Below are positions 11,617 to 22,581 of a DNA stretch of 64,000 nucleotides, one piece after another. Positions within the stretch are counted from its first letter, which is position 1. The number at the start of each line of letters is the position of its first letter. Position numbers and translations under genes: made by a program. The stretch is from a bacterium (lineage in GTDB: Bacteria; Pseudomonadota; Gammaproteobacteria; GCA-002705445; GCA-002716945), in NCBI GenBank assembly GCA_029979505.1, contig JAPOHH010000003.1:8635-72634 (forward strand), given 5' to 3'. The notes under the pieces were generated by a model. That model saw only the letters and a list, made by a program, of their open reading frames with translations. It did no database searches and was not told the origin of the DNA.

Positions 11617-12306
11617 TTCTTTTTCTTTATCATTTAGATAACGATACTCACCCTCTTTCATATTATCTAGCTGTATAAAAGAATATTTTAATCTATGAAG
11701 TTTCAAAGTCTGGATATTTAAATGAGATAAAGAATTTCTAATTTCTCTATTTTTACCTGTAGATAGAATTACTCTATAAAGATTGTCATCCACTAACGAT
11801 ATATGATCAAATTTTCCTGTTTCTCCATTGTTTATAGGAACGCCATCGAGTAATTTATTTATTTCAGTTTTCAACAGTTTCTTATTAGTCTGAAGAAGAT
11901 ACTCTCTTTTATACGAAGATGATGGATGCATGAGTTTATTAGCAAGGTTCCCGTCATTAGTGAATAATAGCAAGCCGGTAGTTTGAATGTCTAATCGACC
12001 AATATTTATCCATTTGCCATCAACATCTGGAAGTTTATCAAAAACTGTAACTGAATTATGTGGATCACTTCTGCTTACTACCTCACCTAAAGGTTTAAAG
12101 TATTTTAGTACCTGAATTTTCTTTTCAGAGAGATTTGGAATAGTGATGATTTTATCATTTATCTTAATTATGTCTCCTTCGCTCCATTTATCACCAATTT
12201 GTGCTATAGAGTTATTAATTTTAATCTTCTTATTTTCAATAAGTTTTTCAGCAGTTCTTCTGGAACAATACCCTATTAGTGAAAGTAGTTTTTGAAGTCT
12301 ATACAT
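11605..12306 (-). CDS. rluB: 23S rRNA pseudouridine synthase, RluB-like
   Basis: S4 domain RLQK..SRR.AE, GRLD catalytic motif, LMHPS, GKNREIR; follows scpAB context. Confidence 0.88.
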   Translation of the reverse strand: MYRLQKLLSLIGYCSRRTAEKLIENKKIKINNSIAQIGDKWSEGDIIKINDKIITIPNLSEKKIQVLKYFKPLGEVVSRSDPHNSVTVFDKLPDVDGKWINIGRLDIQTTGLLLFTNDGNLANKLMHPSSSYKREYLLQTNKKLLKTEINKLLDGVPINNGETGKFDHISLVDDNLYRVILSTGKNREIRNSLSHLNIQTLKLHRLKYSFIQLDNMKEGEYRYLNDKEKELIF

Positions 12307-12336
12307 ATACTTGATAATTGATTATATTACTTAGTA

Positions 12337-12837
12337 GTGAAAAAATTAAACATAACGATTATTATTGTATCTGATACAAGAACACATGAAACAGATAAAT
12401 CAGGAAAAAAGCTTGTAGAAATGATTACTGATGAAGGGCATGTGATTGTTAAAAAAACTATTGTAAAAGATAATATATATGAAATCCGAAAGACTGCTTC
12501 AGATTATATTTTAGACAGTGAAATTGATGTAATAATACTCAGCGGCGGAACAGGTATTACAGGCTCTGATGGAACACCAGAGGCTATTGAGCCTTTACTT
12601 GATAAAAAAATTGATGGATTTGGTGAGATATTCAGATTAAAGTCATATGACAAAATAAAAACATCATCATTACAATCCAGAGCAATCGCTGGTGTTGCAA
12701 ATAAAACGTTTATTTTTGTTTTGCCTGGTTCCCTTGATGCTTGCAAAACAGCTTGGAAAGAAGTAATAAGTCATCAGCTAAATAGTGATACTAAGCCATG
12801 TAACTTAGTCATGTTAATGCCTCGATTGAAAGAATAG
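12337..12837 (+). CDS. moaB: Molybdenum cofactor biosynthesis protein B
   Basis: VSDTR..DKSG, GGTGITGSDGTPEA, SRAIAG, LPGS, PCN. Confidence 0.95.
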   Translation: MKKLNITIIIVSDTRTHETDKSGKKLVEMITDEGHVIVKKTIVKDNIYEIRKTASDYILDSEIDVIILSGGTGITGSDGTPEAIEPLLDKKIDGFGEIFRLKSYDKIKTSSLQSRAIAGVANKTFIFVLPGSLDACKTAWKEVISHQLNSDTKPCNLVMLMPRLKE

Positions 12838-13359
12838 CTATATACTATCAACGTCTGATATTTCAGGAAGATCAGAAAGTTTATTCTTATTAAAGTAATC
12901 TAAAAACTTAGTTGTTGTACCAAATAATTCTGGCTTTCCTGGAGATTCTTTGTGACCAACGACCTTTATCCATTCAAGCTCGATAAGAGTTCTTATGATG
13001 TTTGAATTTACTGCTATTCCTCTTATCTCCTCGATATCACCACGAGTTACTGGCTGCTTATATGCAATAATTGCAATAGTTTCTAAAAAAGCTTTAGAGA
13101 ACTTATTTGTTCCTTTATCTTTGAGTTTCGCTATATATCCTTCGAGTCCATTTTTTGCCTGATATCTATAGCCGCTAGCCACTTTACTAATGTGAATTGC
13201 TTTATTTTTATATTCTTGATTAAGATTATCGATAGCTTTTTCTATTTGTTTTTTACTAATAGAATTATCATCAAGAATCTTTATTATATTTATCAATGAT
13301 AAAGGTTCGTCACTCACAAGCAGTAAACATTCAATTGTATTTTCAAGAGTATATTTCAT
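12838..13359 (-). CDS. scpB: SMC-Scp complex subunit ScpB
   Basis: LETIAIIAYKQPVTRGDIEEIRG, PGKPELFGTT..FLDYF..LSDLP. Confidence 0.97.
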   Translation of the reverse strand: MKYTLENTIECLLLVSDEPLSLINIIKILDDNSISKKQIEKAIDNLNQEYKNKAIHISKVASGYRYQAKNGLEGYIAKLKDKGTNKFSKAFLETIAIIAYKQPVTRGDIEEIRGIAVNSNIIRTLIELEWIKVVGHKESPGKPELFGTTTKFLDYFNKNKLSDLPEISDVDSI

Positions 13360-14129
13360 TATTTAATAGTTATATAAATCTTTGACATTGATTCGTTCTG
13401 AATTATGTCAACTAAAGATTCTTTAACAAGCTCTAATAAAGCTAGAAAAGTTACTATAACACCTAATCTTCCTTCTTCCATATTAAATAATTTGATAAAT
13501 TCTATATTTTCTTTACCTTCAAGCTTTGATAGGATTGATGTCATCCTTTCTCTAACAGATAAGGTCTCAGCTATTATATTATGAGTTGAGAATATTTCAG
13601 CTCTCTTCAAAACATCAGCAAAAGCATTCTTAAGCTGATCAATTTTAATATCTGGCACCTCAATAATTTTAGATTTCTTTACATCAATTGCGTTAGATAC
13701 AACGAAAAAATCTCTATAGTTTCTTGACATGTCATCAATCTGCTCAGATGCGTTTTTGTATTTCTGGTATTCTAACAATCGTTTAATTAAATTTGCACGC
13801 GGATCTTCTTCCTCTTCAGATTCTGATTCAACAGGTAGTAAGAGTTTAGATTTAATTTCTGCAAGAGTTGAAGCCATTACTAAATAGTCAGCTGCAAGTT
13901 CAAATTGCATCTCTTCCATAATTGATATGTATTGCATATACTGCTCAGTAATTGGTAAAATAGGTAAATCAGTGATATCTATGTTCTGTTTTTTGATTAG
14001 ATACAAAAGCAAATCTAAAGGACCTTCAAATTCTTCTAAAATTACACGTAAATGCTCTGGTGGTATAAATAAATCTTCAGGTATGTCAGAAATAGTTTTA
14101 CCGTTATATATTGCGGTTATATTATTCAA
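13359..14129 (-). CDS. scpA: Segregation and condensation protein ScpA
   Basis: FEGPLDLLLYLI, AADYLVMA, IKSKLLLP, VTFLALLEL; probable TTG start at 14129 overlapping the trpS stop. Confidence 0.95.
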   Translation of the reverse strand: MNNITAIYNGKTISDIPEDLFIPPEHLRVILEEFEGPLDLLLYLIKKQNIDITDLPILPITEQYMQYISIMEEMQFELAADYLVMASTLAEIKSKLLLPVESESEEEEDPRANLIKRLLEYQKYKNASEQIDDMSRNYRDFFVVSNAIDVKKSKIIEVPDIKIDQLKNAFADVLKRAEIFSTHNIIAETLSVRERMTSILSKLEGKENIEFIKLFNMEEGRLGVIVTFLALLELVKESLVDIIQNESMSKIYITIK

Positions 14130-15126
14130 AATTAAATCCCATAATTTTATTAACATCATTGATTGTTTTGTTCGCTCTATCAGATGCTTTTGCAGAGCCC
14201 ATTCTAAGAATTTCATTTAAATAATTTGTATCTTGCTTAATTTTTTTTATCTCACTAGATATTGGCTCAATTAAACTGATAATGATATTTTTCATCTCGG
14301 ATTTAAAATATGAAATCTCTCTGTTTGCAAATATTTCTATCACTTTAGTTTTAGTTTGATTAGAGATAGAACTATAGATTGTAATGAGATTGTTAATTTC
14401 TGGTCTGTTCATTAGCTCGTCAGAAGATGTTGGCATATTCATGGAGTCAGATTTAGCTTTGTTGATTTTATTAGAAATATCGTCATTGGAATCGGTCAAG
14501 AGTATTCTAGAGTATTTAGATACATCTGATTTGCTCATTTTATTATTAGCATCTCTGAGACTCATAACTCGAGGTGCATCTTTATTTATAATCGGATCGG
14601 GAAGTTTAAAATATTGTTGATCGTAATCTGTATTAAATTTATGAGCAATATCTCTTGTTAATTCCAGATGCTGTTTTTGGTCGTCGCCGACAGGAACTTT
14701 ATTAGCACGATATAGTAGTATATCTGCAGCCATTAATACAGGATATGCATATAATCCAAGCGATGCATTATCACGATTTTTTCCTGCTTTATCTTTAAAT
14801 TGCGTCATTCTATTAAGCCATCCGACTCTAGCTGTACAACTAAGATACCAAGATAAAACGCTATGCTCTTTAACAGCTGATTGATTAAATAGAATACTTT
14901 TCTTGGGATCTAGCCCGCATGCTAAAAAAATTGCTAGCACACTATACACATTGGATCTTAATTCAGATGGATCTTGAAATACAGTTATTGCATGTTGGTC
15001 TACTATGCAAAAGATTGAGTCCGAGTCATTTTGTAAAGTAAGGAATTGCTTTATGGCACCAAGATAATTACCCAAATGAATTTCACCTGTAGGTTGAACG
15101 CCAGAAAAAACTATATCTTTAGACAT
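14122..15126 (-). CDS. trpS: Tryptophan--tRNA ligase
   Basis: SGVQPTGEIHLGNYLG, YPVLMAADIL, VPVGDDQKQHLE, KMSKS. Confidence 0.98.
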   Translation of the reverse strand: MSKDIVFSGVQPTGEIHLGNYLGAIKQFLTLQNDSDSIFCIVDQHAITVFQDPSELRSNVYSVLAIFLACGLDPKKSILFNQSAVKEHSVLSWYLSCTARVGWLNRMTQFKDKAGKNRDNASLGLYAYPVLMAADILLYRANKVPVGDDQKQHLELTRDIAHKFNTDYDQQYFKLPDPIINKDAPRVMSLRDANNKMSKSDVSKYSRILLTDSNDDISNKINKAKSDSMNMPTSSDELMNRPEINNLITIYSSISNQTKTKVIEIFANREISYFKSEMKNIIISLIEPISSEIKKIKQDTNYLNEILRMGSAKASDRANKTINDVNKIMGFNFE

Positions 15127-15215
15127 ATATAGAATGAATCATATACCAATATTTTAACATATTCATTAGATTAAGGTACTGTATAAATTTTGTTAATATT
15201 TAATTATAATAAAGC

Positions 15216-15482
15216 ATGAGTTTACAGAGAATTGAACTAATCAAAGAAGGATTAAAGAATCTCAATCCTACTAAGATTGAAATTGAAGATGAAGGTCATT
15301 TGCATGTAGGTCACGCTGGTGCAAAATCTGGTGGCCATTTCAAACTGTTTATAGTGTCTGAATCATTTAACGACTTAAGTCAAATTGACAGGCATAAGCT
15401 GATTTATAATACACTTAATGAGTTGATGAAAACAGAAATTCATGCGTTATCTATAAGTGCAAAAACACCGTCAGAGCTATAA
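15216..15482 (+). CDS. bolA: BolA family protein
   Basis: HVGHAG, GHFKLFIVS..F, RHKLIY, IHALSI.AKTP. Confidence 0.93.
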   Translation: MSLQRIELIKEGLKNLNPTKIEIEDEGHLHVGHAGAKSGGHFKLFIVSESFNDLSQIDRHKLIYNTLNELMKTEIHALSISAKTPSEL

Positions 15483-15938
15483 TATCAACTTGAGCACATA
15501 AGCATCTTCTCGCCCATTGTCAGCTTCATAATATCCATGTCTAGTCCCAATAGTTTTAAAGTTTAGCTTATGATAGAGTGATTGTGCTTCAAAATTGTTC
15601 GCCCTTACCTCTAAAATTATATCTTCTGATTTTCTTATTTTCGCATCATTAATAACTATATTTATTAATGATTTTCCAATACCTTTTCTTCTAAAAGATT
15701 CATTCACTGTTAAGTTCAAAATATGAGTTTCAGGATAAGAAATTTTTGAGATTACATAACCTACTAGTTTATTATCAAAAAAAACAGAGAAAGAATCATA
15801 GTTGTACATGATACAGTCTCTTAAAATTTCTTTAGTCCATGGAAAGGAGTATGAAGCAAGCTCAAGCTTGTAAACATCATCCAAGTCATTGATTGTCATT
15901 GGTATTATATTATATATATCTGATTTTCTAGCTGACAT
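15477..15938 (-). CDS. rimI: Ribosomal-protein-alanine N-acetyltransferase
   Basis: FPWT, HILNLTV, RRKGIG, LEVRANN, RHGYY..GREDA. Confidence 0.93.
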   Translation of the reverse strand: MSARKSDIYNIIPMTINDLDDVYKLELASYSFPWTKEILRDCIMYNYDSFSVFFDNKLVGYVISKISYPETHILNLTVNESFRRKGIGKSLINIVINDAKIRKSEDIILEVRANNFEAQSLYHKLNFKTIGTRHGYYEADNGREDAYVLKLIL

Positions 15939-16569
15939 TAATATTTTCTCTCATAAATAGTATATCTTCCCAAACTTTCTTTTTCTCGCCAGGACTTCTC
16001 AGAAGATATGCAGGATGATAGAAAACTAAAGTTGGAATAGCAGTATCTTTATAATAATGTATCTTTGTTCTCAAAAATGACATAGGTTCAGATGTATTTA
16101 AAATTCTTTCTGCTGCAATTTTTCCAAGCAGAATAATCACCTTCGGTGATATCAGACTAATTTGTTTATCTAAAAAATTCGAACATGATGATATTTCTTC
16201 ACTGTTCGGATTTCTATTTTCAGGTGGGCGGCATTTCACTGTATTAGTAATATATACATCATCCCTTGAAAGATTCATTGAAAAAAGAATTTCTGTGAGT
16301 AACTTACCTGCTCTTCCAATAAATGGTTCACCTGTTAAATCTTCCTCTTTGCCCGGCGCTTCACCAATTATAAATATATCTGCCTTTTCGTTTCCTTTGC
16401 CAAATACAACATTATTTCTATCATAAGCGAGTTGACATTTTTGACAATTATTAGCCTCAAGCCTCAAGTCATGAAAACTTTGTTGGTTATTTTCAGTTAT
16501 ATAATTAGTTTTTAACCATGATGTGTCTATATTCATTAGAGTAAGTAACTCTTTTTTTCTAGACATCAT
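15928..16569 (-). CDS. Uracil-DNA glycosylase family 4 (Fe-S)
   Basis: CQKCQL, GEAPG.EED..GEPFIG, NTVKCRPP.NR, YHPAYLLR. Confidence 0.95.
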   Translation of the reverse strand: MMSRKKELLTLMNIDTSWLKTNYITENNQQSFHDLRLEANNCQKCQLAYDRNNVVFGKGNEKADIFIIGEAPGKEEDLTGEPFIGRAGKLLTEILFSMNLSRDDVYITNTVKCRPPENRNPNSEEISSCSNFLDKQISLISPKVIILLGKIAAERILNTSEPMSFLRTKIHYYKDTAIPTLVFYHPAYLLRSPGEKKKVWEDILFMRENINVS

Positions 16570-18110
16570 ATACCTGATAATTTTTTTGATTCAAGATTAG
16601 GGTTTTGAGATATCTTATTGATGGCATTTAAATAAGCAAGAACAGATGCTTTAACAATGTCAGTATCAGCACCATGACCATTGACTATAACATCGTCTTT
16701 CACAACCCTTACTGTAACTTCTCCTTGAGCATCAGTCCCTGATGTAATGTTGTTAACAGAATAAAGTTTAAGGTCTACATTAAAATCTATTAGATTATTA
16801 ATTGCATTATATGCAGCGTCTACAGCTCCATCACCTTCGGAATCTGATTCAAACTCTTCACCTTTTATGTTTAATTTTATTTTTGCGAAAGGTTTTTTTC
16901 TAGAATCGGATGTCACAGACATCTCAATGAGTTGGATATCTTCTCCTGATAATTGTATATTATTTGATAATCTAATAATATCTTCGTCATAAATTTCATG
17001 TTTTTTGTCAGCAAGCTCTTTGAATCTAATAAAGAGATCATTAAATGAATCCTCAGATTCTGATAGAATATTGAGTTGATGCATTTTCTGCTTTAAAGCA
17101 TTTCTTCCAGAATGCTTCCCAAGAACTAACGAATTGCTTACTAACCCTATATCTTCTGCTTTCATTATTTCATAGGTTTCTCTGGACTTAATAATACCGT
17201 CTTGATGTATGCCTGATTCATGTGCGAAAGCATTTTTTCCTACTATGGCTTTGTTAGGTTGAACTGGAAATCCTGTAATACTTGAGACTAGTCTAGAACA
17301 ATTCATAATTTTCTTTGTGTCAATTCTGGTATCACAAGAGAATACATCCCTTCGAGTTTTTACAGTCATTACAATTTCTTCTAAGGCTGCATTTCCAGCT
17401 CTTTCGCCAAGGCCATTAATTGTGCACTCTACCTGTCTAGCTCCATGAAGTACAGAAGACAATGAATTAGATACCGCAAGTCCTAAGTCATTATGACAAT
17501 GAACTGAGAATATAGCCTGACTTGAGTTTGGAACATTAGCAATAATTTTCGCAATTAACTCACCAAATTGATGCGGCATATTATAGCCAACTGTATCTGG
17601 AATATTAATTGTCGTTGCTCCAGCATTAATTACTTGTTCTATGATGTTGCATAGAAATTTAAAATCGGACCTTCCTGCATCTTCTGGAGAAAATTCTACG
17701 TCCTCTGCGTTATCCTTTGCAATAGTTACTGCCTTCACTGCATTTTCGATAACTTGCTCAGGTGTCATTTTTAACTTCATCTCCATATGGATAGGAGATG
17801 TTGCGATAAATGTATGTATTCGAGAGTATTTAGCACCTTTCAAAGCATCTGCAGCTCTTAAGATGTCTTTATCTAATGCTCTTGCTAATGCACATATTCT
17901 TGAATTTTTAATAGTATTCGCAATTTCTTGTACTGCTGTGAAATCACCTTTGCTAGCAATTGGAAAGCCGGCTTCAATAACATCAACATTTAAATCACTA
18001 AGTGCATTTGCAATTTGGATTTTTTCCTCAATATCCATTGACGCACCAGGACTCTGTTCTCCGTCTCTGAGTGTAGTATCGAATATTATTAAATTATTAT
18101 TATCGCTCAT
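16566..18110 (-). CDS. leuA: 2-isopropylmalate synthase
   Basis: FDTTLRDGEQSPG, HCHNDLG, GERAGN, HESGIHQDG, C-terminal regulatory domain. Confidence 0.99.
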   Translation of the reverse strand: MSDNNNLIIFDTTLRDGEQSPGASMDIEEKIQIANALSDLNVDVIEAGFPIASKGDFTAVQEIANTIKNSRICALARALDKDILRAADALKGAKYSRIHTFIATSPIHMEMKLKMTPEQVIENAVKAVTIAKDNAEDVEFSPEDAGRSDFKFLCNIIEQVINAGATTINIPDTVGYNMPHQFGELIAKIIANVPNSSQAIFSVHCHNDLGLAVSNSLSSVLHGARQVECTINGLGERAGNAALEEIVMTVKTRRDVFSCDTRIDTKKIMNCSRLVSSITGFPVQPNKAIVGKNAFAHESGIHQDGIIKSRETYEIMKAEDIGLVSNSLVLGKHSGRNALKQKMHQLNILSESEDSFNDLFIRFKELADKKHEIYDEDIIRLSNNIQLSGEDIQLIEMSVTSDSRKKPFAKIKLNIKGEEFESDSEGDGAVDAAYNAINNLIDFNVDLKLYSVNNITSGTDAQGEVTVRVVKDDVIVNGHGADTDIVKASVLAYLNAINKISQNPNLESKKLSGI

Positions 18111-18201
18111 TTTTCAAGATCCCAAGTATAATGAAGTCTCACGAAGCATTATAACCTAACATAAAGAAGGTAGTATAAAAAAATACGTTAATGTAATCGT
18201 G

Positions 18202-18975
18202 TTAACGATTATTTTTTGATGATAAATCCTGATCGGTAAAACGATTTCGCCTCATTTTTCTTACAACATATAATGACGGGCCTGATAGTCCATACAAGAG
18301 AAAGAAAATAAATAACACTTTTGGCGGATCAAAAGATATAAAAGATATGATAAGAGAAATAGCAAAAAGAGCTAAGTGAGGGACTTTTTGTTTAAGATCT
18401 ATATCTTTAAAGCTTATGTATGCGATGTTACTAATCATTAAGATAGATAGAGACACTATTAATATAATAGTTAGTATAATATGAGATGAGATATCAATAC
18501 CTAAATCTACCATCAGCCAAACATAACATATCAATATTGCTGCTGCTGCTGGACTCGCAAGACCCATAAAATATTTCTTGTCTGTTGTTTGATTTCTTGA
18601 ATTAAATCTAGCTAATCTTATGGCTGTTGATGCTATATATATAAAACATGCAATATATGCAATCTTGGCAACATACCCGGAAGAAAACATCGCTAAACTA
18701 GATAGGTATACCAAAAGAGAAGGGGCTACACCAAAACAAAGCATGTCAGATAAACTATCAAAATATTCACCAAAAGTTGTCTGTGTATTGGTCATACGCG
18801 CTACCCTTCCATCCAAACCATCAAGAACCATGGCAATCAAGATATATATAGAAGCCTGAATGAAGTCGCCTTTAATAGCTACAATTATAGAGTAAAAGCC
18901 ACAAAATAATGCTCCAGACGTTACTAGGTTAGGAAGTAAATACACTCCTGGCAATTTATTTTTCCTCTTTACCAA
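18202..18975 (-). CDS. pssA: CDP-diacylglycerol--serine O-phosphatidyltransferase
   Basis: LPNLVT, DGLDGRVAR...FG..FDSLSD CDP-alcohol motif, RLARFN. Confidence 0.95.
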   Translation of the reverse strand: MVKRKNKLPGVYLLPNLVTSGALFCGFYSIIVAIKGDFIQASIYILIAMVLDGLDGRVARMTNTQTTFGEYFDSLSDMLCFGVAPSLLVYLSSLAMFSSGYVAKIAYIACFIYIASTAIRLARFNSRNQTTDKKYFMGLASPAAAAILICYVWLMVDLGIDISSHIILTIILIVSLSILMISNIAYISFKDIDLKQKVPHLALFAISLIISFISFDPPKVLFIFFLLYGLSGPSLYVVRKMRRNRFTDQDLSSKNNR

Positions 18976-19995
<1,020 letters not shown>

Positions 19996-20505
19996 CTATT
20001 TTTTAATTTCTAATGATTCAGATCCTCTACTGATACCCAAAGCACCTGATCTTACCTGTTCAATTATTTTTATTTTTCCTAATGAGTCTATAAAAGCAAG
20101 AATTTTTTCAGTTGGTCCTGTAAGTTCAATTGTATATGTTGTATCTGTTACATCAATAATTCTAGCCCTAAATATATCAGTAAGTCTTTTAAGCTCATCT
20201 CTTTGCTTTAAGGTTGATTTTACTTTCAAGAGTAACATCTCTCTTTCTATATGGGTCTCATCTGTTAAATCTTTTACATTTATTACGTCGACTAATTTAT
20301 CCAACTGTTTCATCAATTGAGATGCTTTAGTATCGGAACAATTCGTTACTAACGTCATTCTAGAAATTGAATCATCGGAGGTAGGTGCAACGCTTAGACA
20401 GTGGATGTTATATCCTCTAGCAGAGAATAATCCTGCTATTCTTGATAATGAGCCAAACTCATTCTCAACAAGTATAGATATGATATGTCTCTTATCTATA
20501 TTCAT
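19996..20505 (-). CDS. ilvN: Acetolactate synthase small (regulatory) subunit
   Basis: ACT domain LVENE.G.LSRIAGLFSARGYNI, IEREMLL.KV, FRARIIDV. Confidence 0.97.
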   Translation of the reverse strand: MNIDKRHIISILVENEFGSLSRIAGLFSARGYNIHCLSVAPTSDDSISRMTLVTNCSDTKASQLMKQLDKLVDVINVKDLTDETHIEREMLLLKVKSTLKQRDELKRLTDIFRARIIDVTDTTYTIELTGPTEKILAFIDSLGKIKIIEQVRSGALGISRGSESLEIKK

Positions 20506-22232
20506 GCTAATTCAATATCTTCATTTGCTGAAGGCGCAAGATGCATCTCATGGTGGCCTTTACCATTTACAATCATTGGATAAACATTTTCAGTTTGATC
20601 TGTGATGACATCAACAAATACTAATCTGTTTTTGTAACCCAATGCCGTTGTTAAGTCTTTTTCTAAATTCTCGGGCTTATCAATAACCATTCCAATGTGA
20701 CCAAAGCTCTCTGCTAACTTAGCAAAATCTGGAATAGCATCCATGTAAGACATTGCGTATCTGCCTTCATAGAAAAACTCCTGCCATTGTCTTACCATTC
20801 CCATGTATCTGTTATTTAGATTAATCACTTTCACTGGAAGACCGTATTGCAAGCAAGTAGATAACTCTTGAATACACATTAGTATACTCGCTTCACCTGT
20901 AACACAAATAACTTGCTCTTTAGGAAAAGCTAATTGCGCACCTATAGCTGCAGGTAGACCAAAACCCATTGTTCCTAAACCACCAGAATTTATCCATCTA
21001 TTTGGCTTATCAAATTTGTAATACTGAGCAACCCACATTTGATGTTGTCCGACATCGGAAGTAACAAAAGACTTCCCTTTAGATATTTTATGTAGGGTTT
21101 CTATTACAGCCTGTGGTTTAATTACTTTAGAAGATTTACTATAAGATAAACATTTTTTCTTTTGCCAAGAATTAATTTTCTTCCACCATTTGTTAATTGC
21201 TTCCCTATCAATCGTTTTTTTATGCTTTTCAGTATAAGTGATAAGTTTTTTGAGAATTTTCTTTGTATTTCCAATCAAAGAATGATCAACTTCAATAATT
21301 TTAGATATAGATGACGGGTCAATGTCTATATGTATTATTTTAGCTTTAGGACAAAATTGTTTTGTATCACCGGTAACCCTATCATCGAATCTAGCTCCCA
21401 CCGCTAAAAGGACATCACAATTATGCATGGCCATATTTGCTTCATATGTTCCGTGCATACCTAACATTCCAAGAAACTGTGAATCAGATGATGGATAAGC
21501 CCCCAAACCCATTAAAGTATTTGTGATTGGAAAATTCAATAACTTTGTAAGCTTTGTAAGTTCTGTACTAGCTTTACCAAGTACAACTCCACCTCCAGAA
21601 TAAATCATTGGTTTCTTCGCAGAGCAAATTAATTTAGCAGCATCTTGAATTTTATCTTCACACTCATTGGTCTTAACTTTATATGATCTAATTTTTATAT
21701 TTTTTTTGTATTCAAAATTGATTTTTATGTTTGGATCCGTTAAATCTTTTGGAATATCTATTATAACGGGTCCAGGTCTTCCTGTTGTTGCTATTATAAA
21801 AGCCTTCCTAAAAGTTTCTGCAATTGACTCTCTGTCATTGATAAGAAAGTTATGTTTGCATATTGGCCTTGTTATACCTGTGGCATCTGCCTCTTGAAAA
21901 GCATCACTTCCAACATAATGTCTAGACACTTGTCCTGAAATTACAATCATTGGAATAGAATCCATATGAGCAGTTGCAATACCAGTTACACAATTAGTTA
22001 TGCCGGGGCCAGATGTTACTAAAACAACACCAGGTTTATTGCAAGCTCTTGCATAACCGTCTGCAGCATGAGTAGCACCCTGCTCATGTCTTACTAAGAC
22101 ATGCTTGATATCCTTGGCTGCGAATAACGCATCATATATATGTAATACTGCACCACCAGGATACCCAAAAATATAATCAACCCCTTCTTTTTTAAGAGAT
22201 TCAATAATTATTTCTGAACCACTAAGTTTCAT
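20502..22232 (-). CDS. ilvB: Acetolactate synthase large subunit
   Basis: FGYPGGA, RHEQGA, TSGPG, DVGQHQMW, SGGLGTMG, GMVRQWQ; start probably ATG 22232 (ORF track gives 22244). Confidence 0.98.
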   Translation of the reverse strand: MKLSGSEIIIESLKKEGVDYIFGYPGGAVLHIYDALFAAKDIKHVLVRHEQGATHAADGYARACNKPGVVLVTSGPGITNCVTGIATAHMDSIPMIVISGQVSRHYVGSDAFQEADATGITRPICKHNFLINDRESIAETFRKAFIIATTGRPGPVIIDIPKDLTDPNIKINFEYKKNIKIRSYKVKTNECEDKIQDAAKLICSAKKPMIYSGGGVVLGKASTELTKLTKLLNFPITNTLMGLGAYPSSDSQFLGMLGMHGTYEANMAMHNCDVLLAVGARFDDRVTGDTKQFCPKAKIIHIDIDPSSISKIIEVDHSLIGNTKKILKKLITYTEKHKKTIDREAINKWWKKINSWQKKKCLSYSKSSKVIKPQAVIETLHKISKGKSFVTSDVGQHQMWVAQYYKFDKPNRWINSGGLGTMGFGLPAAIGAQLAFPKEQVICVTGEASILMCIQELSTCLQYGLPVKVINLNNRYMGMVRQWQEFFYEGRYAMSYMDAIPDFAKLAESFGHIGMVIDKPENLEKDLTTALGYKNRLVFVDVITDQTENVYPMIVNGKGHHEMHLAPSANEDIELA

Positions 22233-22255
22233 TCCCCGTCTCATGCAAATTGAAT

Positions 22256-22486
22256 TTAATTCTTTTTAATCAAAAAATAGAATTTATTATCCTTAGATTC
22301 TGATGATAGTAGTTCATTGCCAGTTTGACTAGCAAATGATTCAAAATCCATCACAGCTCCTGGGTCTGTAGAAATTACATGAAGAACTTGGCCTGTCTCC
22401 ATAGTATTAATTTCTTTTTTTGCTTTAATGATAGGCAATGGACAATTTAATCCGCTTGTATCTAGTTCTTTTGTAAATTCACTCAT
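22256..22486 (-). CDS. tusA: TusA/SirA family sulfur carrier
   Basis: LDTSGLNCPLP motif, TDPG..DF; GAGGTG Shine-Dalgarno. Confidence 0.92.
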   Translation of the reverse strand: MSEFTKELDTSGLNCPLPIIKAKKEINTMETGQVLHVISTDPGAVMDFESFASQTGNELLSSESKDNKFYFLIKKN

Positions 22487-22581
22487 TATCTTACACCTCT
22501 TGAGTTATAATAATATATTGCAAACTATATTAGTACATTTAGATAATTTAATATAGAAAAACATACGTCAGACAGGTATAA

